A DNA stretch of 64,000 nucleotides. Origin: Syntrophorhabdaceae bacterium (lineage in GTDB: Bacteria; Desulfobacterota; Syntrophorhabdia; Syntrophorhabdales; Syntrophorhabdaceae). This document shows positions 41,238 through 49,893 of this stretch, piece by piece. The DNA lies in assembly GCA_963666485.2 (NCBI GenBank), contig CAXXUO010000002.1:64001-128000 (forward strand), given 5' to 3'. Position 1 is the first letter of the stretch. Each line of letters starts with the position of its first letter. The position numbers and the translations under genes were made by a program. The notes under the pieces are model-generated. The model made no database searches and was not told where the DNA came from. It was given only the letters and a program-made list of their open reading frames with translations.

Positions 41238-42809
41238 CTATTCCCGCAGCGTTGATCCCGGTACCGGATATTTATTTATCAGCGGTTGATACAGGGGAAT
41301 ATTGCGGACAAAAATATTGGCCACCTTGTCGTCATAAATCAGTCGCCAGCCATTGCAGCGCCGCAAATGGCGTGACAACGGCGAGTCGGCATCAAAAATG
41401 ACCCAGTTCATGTCATATTTTCTCATAACTGATTCCCAGTCTCTCTCGATGTTTTTGATCTTGAAGTATTCCTTGATCCGGTCAGCACCGTACATATCCA
41501 CCCTGCCGTCAATAAATACGCGGTATTGAGGCCAGGCTGCATATATGACATAATCTCCGAATTCGTCGTTATTGAACATGTTGCCCGGTATTCTCTCCCG
41601 TTTCAGGAATTCAACCGCTGCCACAGGCTTTATTGTTTTATCAAATGTGATCACAGTGTCACTTTGCGCCAGAAGAAACGAAACCATCAAAGCTGTGGCT
41701 ATTGGCCATAGAAAGCCGCGTGCCCGACCATCAATTTCCGCAATTTTGACATCTTGACAACGCAGCCAGGCAATTGTCCTCCCGCCCAAATTTTCAGTAT
41801 ATCCATTCGCCAAACGAGCTGCTACAGGTGATGCTATGATGGCAAATAAGGCGATATAGCGCTCCGAATAGAGGGCCATATTGAGAAAGAATAGCAGAAG
41901 GCCCAGTTCAATAATGTTTGGCTTTCGGCGTGAGATTGCCAGCAGGGCCAGGATAGATAGCAGGAATACCCTGAAGGGGAAAACCCCCATATCGTGGAAA
42001 TTCGGTGACGCCCATTCCACGATATGATCCATGAGGTAGCTGTCAAAAACCAATCTGAAAGGGAAGAAGAAGATATCGAAGCCAAATGGGTTGCAAAGCG
42101 CAGCTGCCATGCAGAGGACGGTGATCTTGAGAATGAACCGCCATTTTCGTTTCGCTGCCTCTCTGAGAGCCTTCTCACCTAAACGGGACAATATAAGATT
42201 GCCGGCGCCATAGAGGCCAAGAAGGATAAAGCCTGCGATGAAGCCGCCATGCAAATTGACCCAGAGAAGCATCAGAGGAGGTAAAAAATAGAGTGGGCCG
42301 CTGTCGTCGTGCTGGTAACGGTCCAGCAAGTCGTACCAGACGACCATCATCAATAGTGAGAAAATATGCGGGCGGGCCAGCCAGTGCAGCATAGAAGAAG
42401 CTGCTGCAAGCATAACCAGGATCAGCGGGATCAGGACGCGACCGTTGATCCGATGTAGCATCCGGAGCAGCAGGTAATAGACCAGTGCGATAAGTCCCGC
42501 GAAAAAAACGACAATACCCGTGAGGCCGGATAGATTGTGCACGGCGGCCATAATGACCTCGGAAAGCCACTCATGCGCTGTCCAGGAAAGCGGCGGTTCA
42601 ATAAAGGAAAACAGGTCCTGGTGTGGAATAGTGAACGTTTTAATAATATATTCGCCAGTCCGGATATGAAAGCCTGTGTCGCCGTCATTTAGGAGCCTTT
42701 GCCCGCAAGTAATGGTCAGAAACAAAAAGAGGATCGCAAAGAACATATCAGCAATCCTGGGTATCAAAAAACGTTGTATTTTGATCGCGCTTATATTCCG
42801 GACGGTCAT
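41238..42809 (-). CDS. Polytopic membrane protein, probable GT-C-fold glycosyltransferase (start uncertain)
   Basis: Many TM segments; DTGFHIRTG, HEWL, RPH, LWVNLHGGF, EW.SP, VFIDGR motifs; divergent from a GT2 gene. Confidence 0.6.
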   Translation of the reverse strand: MTVRNISAIKIQRFLIPRIADMFFAILFLFLTITCGQRLLNDGDTGFHIRTGEYIIKTFTIPHQDLFSFIEPPLSWTAHEWLSEVIMAAVHNLSGLTGIVVFFAGLIALVYYLLLRMLHRINGRVLIPLILVMLAAASSMLHWLARPHIFSLLMMVVWYDLLDRYQHDDSGPLYFLPPLMLLWVNLHGGFIAGFILLGLYGAGNLILSRLGEKALREAAKRKWRFILKITVLCMAAALCNPFGFDIFFFPFRLVFDSYLMDHIVEWASPNFHDMGVFPFRVFLLSILALLAISRRKPNIIELGLLLFFLNMALYSERYIALFAIIASPVAARLANGYTENLGGRTIAWLRCQDVKIAEIDGRARGFLWPIATALMVSFLLAQSDTVITFDKTIKPVAAVEFLKRERIPGNMFNNDEFGDYVIYAAWPQYRVFIDGRVDMYGADRIKEYFKIKNIERDWESVMRKYDMNWVIFDADSPLSRHLRRCNGWRLIYDDKVANIFVRNIPLYQPLINKYPVPGSTLRE

Positions 42810-42958
42810 TTCGATTCTGTAACATATTATGTCAAAGGTTGACAAGCTGGACATACAAAGAAAAGAAGGACGTATCCGGGGGCCTGTCATGGCCCTGCTG
42901 GCGCCGCGGGGCTTGACATCGGAGGGAAATTGTGTGTGTTAATTGTTAAGGAACAACG

Positions 42959-43684
42959 ATGATCTCCGTGATTATCCCCACCTACAGAGAAGCCGAAAAC
43001 CTGCGCCTCATCCTGCCGCGGGTGTTTCACGTCCTGGAACAGGCCGGCATGGAAGGCGAGGTCATCGTTGTGGACGACGATTCACCGGACGGAACGGCGG
43101 AAACGGTGCGGGAACTTGCCCGCGATTACCCCGTGCGGGTGCATGTCCGCAGGGACGAGAGGGGGCTGGCAACCGCGGTCATGAAGGGTTTTGAACTTGC
43201 CGGGGGCGACATCGTCGTCGTGATGGACGCGGATCTGAGCCACCCCGGCGAAAAGATCCCCGAAATGGTGCGGCCGATCCTGGAGGACAGGTGCGATATA
43301 ACCGTCGGCAGCCGCTACGTGAGCGGCGGGGGCTGCGACCACTGGCCGCTGTCGCGAAAGCTGATCAGCAGGTCTTCGGGGCTTATGGCCAGGGGGGTGA
43401 CGAAGCTTTCCGACCCGACCAGCGGTTTCATGGCGGTGCGGAAGGCCGTCCTCGACAAAACGGTGCTGGACCCGGTGGGGTGGAAGATAGTCCTCGAGGT
43501 CGTTGTCAAGACCGGGCAGAGGGTTGAGGAGGTCCCGATCGTTTTTGCGGACAGGGAAAAAGGGCAGAGCAAGCTGAACTTGAGGGTGCAGGCCGAGTAC
43601 ATGGCACACCTCATGAGGCTCTACCATTTCAGGTACCGGTCACTTTTCGAGTTCGTGAAATTCTGCATCACCGCCAAAGGTTAG
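42959..43684 (+). CDS. Polyprenol-phosphate mannosyltransferase-like GT2, C-terminally truncated at att junction 3
   Basis: SVIIPTYRE, VVDDDSPDGT, MDADLSH, GSRY, DPTSGF, R..GQSKL; stop codon lies inside the tRNA copy. Confidence 0.85.
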   Translation: MISVIIPTYREAENLRLILPRVFHVLEQAGMEGEVIVVDDDSPDGTAETVRELARDYPVRVHVRRDERGLATAVMKGFELAGGDIVVVMDADLSHPGEKIPEMVRPILEDRCDITVGSRYVSGGGCDHWPLSRKLISRSSGLMARGVTKLSDPTSGFMAVRKAVLDKTVLDPVGWKIVLEVVVKTGQRVEEVPIVFADREKGQSKLNLRVQAEYMAHLMRLYHFRYRSLFEFVKFCITAKG

Positions 43685-43710
43685 AGGTTCGATCCCTCTC
43701 GGGCGCGCCA
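43674..43710 (+). repeat. att junction 3: exact 37-bp tRNA-Arg 3' copy
   Basis: CCAAAGGTTAGAGGTTCGATCCCTCTCGGGCGCGCCA. Confidence 0.92.
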
Positions 43711-43786
43711 ATGACATCGAGGGTTCAAGAGCAACACTCAGAAAAAGGCTCTCTCTCCTTCAACAGTGTCCCGAGCATAAAGCCAG

Positions 43787-43814
43787 AAAAAGCCCCGGAT
43801 GAACCGGGGCCTTT
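43787..43814. terminator. Hairpin terminator downstream of the pentapeptide gene
   Basis: AAAAAGCCCCGG-ATGAA-CCGGGGCCTTT. Confidence 0.6.
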
Positions 43815-43822
43815 CATTATTC

Positions 43823-44272
43823 CTAGCGACAAACACCGATCGAATTCGGACCGCACTTTTTTCCGTCCGTCCATGTCGCGCCCGTTAAAACCGCATCAGT
43901 CAAATCTGCAGTACCCAGGAGAGCACCTGTTAGGTTTGCCCCGGTCAGAACAGCCCCCCTAAATTTTGTTTGGTTAACCATGGCACCGGCCAGGTTCGCG
44001 TTCATCAGGGCTGCGCCGCTGAAATCTGCTCTGTCAAGCTGTGCATTCTGGAAACTTACATTCATCAGGGATGCCCCTTTGAGGTTTGAATTAGCCATAC
44101 TGTTGGTGCCAAAATTCAAACCAACCAGGCATGCCCCGCTCAGGTCACAGTTCAGGCAGGAAGTGCCACCCCTTTTTACTTTGTCGAAATCGGCCTGATT
44201 AAATGCCATCGTCTTTGTAGCAGCCATTGCCATTACCACTAATGCTAAGACAACCAGTACAAATTTTTTCAT
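43823..44272 (-). CDS. Secreted pentapeptide-repeat protein
   Basis: Signal peptide; CLNCDLSGA; A(D/N)LxG repeats; WTDGKKC...SIGVC. Confidence 0.88.
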   Translation of the reverse strand: MKKFVLVVLALVVMAMAATKTMAFNQADFDKVKRGGTSCLNCDLSGACLVGLNFGTNSMANSNLKGASLMNVSFQNAQLDRADFSGAALMNANLAGAMVNQTKFRGAVLTGANLTGALLGTADLTDAVLTGATWTDGKKCGPNSIGVCR

Positions 44273-44467
44273 CCGCACCTCCCTGATTCCGATTATGGAT
44301 CATCTCGTTACAGAGGCCAATAGAATTCGGGCCATTGACGCATACCATCCTCCGTCTTTTTTGGGCTTCTGCCGGTTGTCACACGGTCTGTCTACCATGT
44401 AATCAGACTTAACATAATTATCAGATAACATGTTAAGTATGATTACGGGACATGCGGGATCTTATGC

Positions 44468-44806
44468 ATGACCGATCTCAGGAGCGCGATGGCGGATGCT
44501 TCGCTTCAGCGTATCCTGATAGCAAAGGATCTGGCGACAGCAGGAATCGTTTCGGTCACGATGGATGACACCCTGAACACCGCGCTGAAGCTGATGGCTG
44601 AAATAAACGTACGGGAACTCCCCGTCGTCAGCGGCAAAGATTCCCTGAACATCGCTGCGATGATCAGCAGAAAAGACATCACCCGCGCATATCACATCGA
44701 AATAGAGCGGAAAAAATCCGTAGCCGGATTATCGGACCAATATTTCCCTCTTTCTCGTAAGCCGAATCCGAAGTTTAGAGGTTCGATCCCTCCCGGGCGT
44801 GCTTGA
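44468..44806 (+). pseudogene. Orphan CBS-domain fragment running into att junction 4
   Basis: VSVTMDDTLNTALKLM...ELPVV...MISRKDI; the last codons are tRNA-derived. Confidence 0.6.
44763..44802 (+). repeat. att junction 4: degenerate 40-bp tRNA-Arg 3' copy (4 mismatches)
   Basis: CGAATCCGAAGTTTAGAGGTTCGATCCCTCCCGGGCGTGC. Confidence 0.85.
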
Positions 44807-44840
44807 TCTTACGAGTTCAAAGAAAACATTTCCGTAAGGG

Positions 44841-45344
44841 TCAATTTTGCTTTGTCAGCATGAAGGTGCGGTGCTTGGGCAGGCTTGGGTCCCGACGCCT
44901 CTGGGAAGCCCAATGAATCACGGCAATACAGATGTAAAAGAAATAGAATATCACAGTCATAAGTATCCGGCTGTCCCTGAATTCGAAAAGATCACCATTG
45001 CTATCAAAATAGATATTCACGGGAACATTCATATCGAGAACCTCTTTTATGGCAACAATATTCTTGAATGACCTGTTCACCTCTGCATTAATTTTATCGA
45101 TCCCTCCGCTGGTTGCTGATCTGGGGTACGCAATATATGTCACCGAAATGCCGCCACCCGATACGGCGGTATCCTTACATATGACTTCCGCTATCATGGC
45201 CTTCCGAATATATTTGATCTTTTCGCGAGCATCAAACTCCGGCCCAACGATCTGTCCCAATATGGCCAGGCCGATTATAACCAACCCGTGGTTTATTATA
45301 CGTTTGGTCCCGGGTGTCATGGTGTGAAACACCTGAAAGAGCAC
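44841..45344 (-). CDS. Hypothetical membrane protein (start uncertain)
   Basis: Two hydrophobic segments flanking a soluble region. Confidence 0.5.
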   Translation of the reverse strand: MLFQVFHTMTPGTKRIINHGLVIIGLAILGQIVGPEFDAREKIKYIRKAMIAEVICKDTAVSGGGISVTYIAYPRSATSGGIDKINAEVNRSFKNIVAIKEVLDMNVPVNIYFDSNGDLFEFRDSRILMTVIFYFFYICIAVIHWASQRRRDPSLPKHRTFMLTKQN

Positions 45345-45678
45345 ATATACGTTTTTACGAAACGCCCCGCGTATGTAACCAGGCCTTTCCCGGTTAATAT
45401 ATCACAATGATCTGTTTAGAAAATGATATATATATTCAAATATTACGTCAACAGTTTTATGGAGTTGACGCCGCAAAAGTGGTTTCTTTGCCTGGCCGGT
45501 CGGGATAGTTTCTCCTTGCCGCATCCCTTTATTTCGGGCAAACTTTTACCGTGTAAGACTGTCGGGGAACGCAACCCTCGCCGGCCCCCGTCACCGATGC
45601 CAAAGGACGCTGCATGAAACGGAAAGTACCGGAGGAACCAAAGTCAATGTGCGAAGAAAGGATCAGGAGCCTGTTGCA

Positions 45679-46008
45679 ATGTGGACAATAAATGAGAAAA
45701 CGTGCATCATACTCATCCTTCTCGGGTTAACAGTGGTCGCTGTTTCCATTCCTCTTTACCTGGGAAAGGTAAAGCGGAATGCCGCTTACGGGTTCAGGAT
45801 ACGGAAAGCCCTCGAATCTGATCAGAATTGGTACCGGATTAACCGGTACGGCGCAATATCACTTATTGTATGGGCGATATGCCTCATGGCCGCCGGGATC
45901 ATTTGCCTGTCCGTTCCTCCGGACTATGTGTTGATGGCGGCAAAGGCCTGCTTTGTCTCCATCATTGTCCCGATACTCCTGACGATAGCCTTTGCCAGGA
46001 GGATGTGA
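45679..46008 (+). CDS. SdpI/YhfL family small membrane protein
   Basis: AGGAG RBS; KRNAAYGFR......SDQNWYRINRYG. Confidence 0.75.
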   Translation: MWTINEKTCIILILLGLTVVAVSIPLYLGKVKRNAAYGFRIRKALESDQNWYRINRYGAISLIVWAICLMAAGIICLSVPPDYVLMAAKACFVSIIVPILLTIAFARRM

Positions 46009-46166
46009 CTGTGAGGTTTTTGTACATCTAACAGGAGAGAGCGAAAGGTAATACCGTAGAAGATGTCACGCCCCTTCCCCGGGGTCCAACGGCCGTGAGG
46101 ACGCGGTCCGGGAAGTATTAATTTATTATTTTTCTCTCAGTATTTGAAAGTATAGTAATATTAAAA

Positions 46167-49100
46167 ATGGGGGAAGGCGGGACATTGATCGCTGACAAGG
46201 CCAAAACGAAAAAGCAGCTGCTCGATGAGATAGCGGAGTTGCGCCGGCGCAATGCCGAACGGGAAGCGGCGAACTTTCAGCTTCAGCGGTCCGAGGAACG
46301 CCTCCGGCGTGTATCGGACGCGGGCCGCATCGGATTCTTTGAGTGGAACGCCACTACGGACACGTCGTACCTGAGTCCCCAGCATTATGACATTTTCGGC
46401 TGGGAACCGGGAAGTCCGGTAGATTTTGAACGATGGCTCAGCACGGTCCATCCCGATGATCGTGAACGGGTAACCGTGAACGCGCGGGAGCGGCTCGAAC
46501 AGGCGAGGGCCGGCGGCCGCACTGAAGTACAAAGGGACGAGTACCGCATACTGCGCGATGACGGCGGGCTGCGGTGGATGGAAGCTGAGTATGATGTCGA
46601 ACTAGTTCAAAATGAGATCATCCTGCGGGGTGCTGTCCGGGATATCACCGAGCGGAAGCGGATGGAAGAGACTGTCCGGCGCGAGAGTGACCTGCTCCGG
46701 TCCGTAATGAACGGTACCCGCAACGTACACCTTGTCTGCCTTGACACGGAATTCAATTTTGTCAGGGTCAACGAGGCCTACGCTTCGACCTGTGGTTTCC
46801 GGCCCGACGAAATGATCGGCAAGAACCACTTTGCCCTCAATCCGAATCCCGAGATCGAGGCTATATTCGCCCGGGTCAGGGACACGGGGGAACCTTTCGA
46901 GACCCGCGACAAGCCCTTCATCTTCCCCGACCAACCGGAGAGGGGGGTAACCTACTGGGACTGGACCCTTACCCCTGAGACGGACACGCAAGGCGGGGTG
47001 ACCGGCCTCGTCTTCGCCCTGGTGGAGACAACGAACCGCAAGCGGACCGAAGAAAAGCTTCGCGAAAGCGAGGAAAAATACCGCAGGCTGTTTACGGAAG
47101 CCGGACTGGGAATATTCCATTCAACCTTCGACGACCGGTTCATCGATCTCAACCACGCCCTGGCGCAGATGCTGGGGTACAACTCGCCCGAAGAGGTTAT
47201 GGAGGCTATTCACAGTATTTCCGAACAGATCTACGTCGACCACCCGCGCAGAGATTCTATCCTCGAGCAGGTCCTTGCGGAAGGGAAGACGGTAACCACC
47301 GAGAACCGGTATTACCGTAAATCCGGGGAAATTTGGCCGGCCCGCCTTCACGTCCGGCAGGTATCCGATGATACCGGAAAGCCGGCGTACCTCGAAGGGT
47401 TCGTGGAGGATATCACGGAATATAAGAGGATGGAGCGGCAGTTGAGGGAACAGGACCTTTTTCTTTCGTCCGTCGCGAAAACCTCTCCTGCCATCGTGTA
47501 CGTATATGACATGGAAACGGGAAGCAATGTTTACATCAGCGAGGCAATAGAATCAATACTGGGTTATTCGCCCGCCGCGGTACAGGCCCTGGGCGGTGAG
47601 CTGTTTGCCCGTATCATACATCCTGAGGACCTTCCCCCGGTGATCGACTTCCAGTCGAAGGTCGAACGTGCCAACGACAACGACATACTGGAGAACGAAT
47701 ACCGCGCACGACACGCGGACGGGTCGTGGCGTGTCCTGCGTTCCCGCGAACGGCCCTTCCTGAGAAATGCGGACGGTTCGGTGAAGCAGAAGATCGGCAT
47801 TGCTGTGGATATCACGGAACACAAACGGGCAGAACAGGCGCTGCGTGCAAGCGAGGAAAACTGGCGGAGGCTTGTCGAGGTCTTCCCTGAATGCATTTTG
47901 GTGCATGGGGAAGGAGTCGTTCGCTACGTGAATGCTGCCGGCGCCCGCCTCCTCGGATGCACCTCACCCGACGAGGCCGTAGGCCGCTCAATATGGGATA
48001 TCGTACCGAAGGACAGGCTGGCAACGGGAAAAGCGCGCGTTCGCTCCGTCGAAAGGGACGGGGTTCCAACGCCGCCCATGGAGTTGGATTTTGTTCGTTT
48101 CGATGGCAGCACGTTCATGGGAGAGATATGTTCTCCGGGACATTACCGAGCGCAAGCAGATGGAGGAGGGCCTCCGCAGGTCCCGTGACGAACTGGAGAG
48201 GCGCGTAACCGAAAGGACGGAGGAAATAAAACATCTCGCCGAGGCGGTGAACAATGCCCTCGACGGCGTTATCCTCGCGCACGGCTATACGATCTTCTAT
48301 GCCAACCCGGCCTTTACGAGGATCACCGGGTACTCGGAGCAGGAACTGATGAATAAAAATGCCTCCCTGTTCAGGAGCGACGAGGTCCCTGCTTCATTCT
48401 ACGAGGACATCAGAAAGCGCATAGTGGCGGACAAGGCGTGGACCGGCATATACCCGTCAAAAAGAAAGGATGGGACCCCGATCTATCTTCAGCTCCAGGC
48501 GTCGGTTATCGAGGCCACTTCGGTAACCGTATTCATATGCCATGACGTGACCGAAAAATTGCAGCTCGAAGAAAAGCTCCGCCAGGCCCACAAGATGGAG
48601 GCCATCGGTACCCTCGCGGGGGGCATCGCCCATGACTTCAACAACATCCTGGCCGCCATCATCGGTTTTACCGAGATGGCCATAGAGGACGTGCCCGACC
48701 GGCCGCTGGTCGGGAAGAACCTCCAGAACGTCATGACATCCGCCATACGGGCACGGGACCTGGTCAAGCAGATCCTTGCCTTCTCGAGAAAGGCCAGCTA
48801 CGAAAGGATACCGGTCGCCCTGTCGCCCATCGTGCAGGAGACGATCAAGCTCCTTCGGGCATCCATTCCCGCCACCGTGGACCTGACACTCTCGATGACG
48901 GCCTCGCGCGACACGGTCATCGCCGCTCCCGTCGAGGTCCAGCAGATCGTCATGAACCTCGCGACGAACGCCCTGCTCGCCCTCCAGGACCGGCAGGGTT
49001 CTCTCGAGATCGCCGTGTCCAACATCGATTTTGAGCCGGATGGCACAACCTGGGGCCGCGTGTCGCGGGAATATATCCAGATCACGATAAAAGACTCCGG

Positions 49101-49704
49101 GGTGGGCATGGCCCCCGGCGTCATGAAAAGGATCTTCGACCCCTTCTTCACCACCCGGGAGGTGGGCAAGGGCTCCGGCATGGGACTCGCGGTCGTCTAC
49201 GGGATAGTGAAAGACTTAGGAGGCGCCATCACCGTGGAGAGCGAGCCGGGAAGGGGCTCGACGTTCAGGGTTTTCCTGCCCGGGGCCGGGGACGCAGTCA
49301 AAGATGAGGGGAAGCAGGCCTCCCTGGTCCGCGGAAACGAACACATCCTTTTTGTCGATGATGAGGCCCTCATTGCTGATTGGGGCAGAGAAGCCCTCAC
49401 GAGACTCGGCTACACGGTGACCACCGTAAAAGACGGCAGGCAGGCCCTTGAGATCTTCTCGGCCAACCCTTCCCTTTTCGACCTCATCATCACCGATCAG
49501 GCCATGCCGCAGATGTCCGGGTCGGACCTCTGCGTCGAGCTCCTGCGCACCAGGAACGACATCCCCATCATCCTGTGCACCGGTCACTCGGAGACGACAT
49601 CGGCGGAAAAAGCCGAACAGTTCGGCGTCCGGGAATTCCTCATGAAGCCCCTCACCCGGCATGAACTGGCATCCGCGGTCCGCAGGGTTCTAGACGCAGT
49701 GTAA
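46167..49704 (+). CDS. Multi-PAS hybrid histidine kinase (HisKA-HATPase-REC) with one apparent frameshift near 48130
   Basis: PAS repeats in 46167-48188; KMEAIGTLAGGIAHDFNN, DPFFTT, GSGMGL and REC in 48091-49704. Confidence 0.82.
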
Positions 49705-49893
49705 AAACAACCTTTCCTTTTGGTGCTGTTTTCCTTGAGTTGACTTAATCAAGAAAACCCGATAAATGCTCCGGCGTTATGCCCGATGGCGGGACAAGAA
49801 GTGAAAATGCGGCAGCCGGTGATATAGACCATCGGAGACCCATGAACATTCCTGAATAGCAACAATATTACCCCGTATTGTCATTCACGATCG

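Noticed and set aside
42810..42837. dif-like TTATGTCAAAG
   Set aside because: No XerC-like arm at 6-bp spacing
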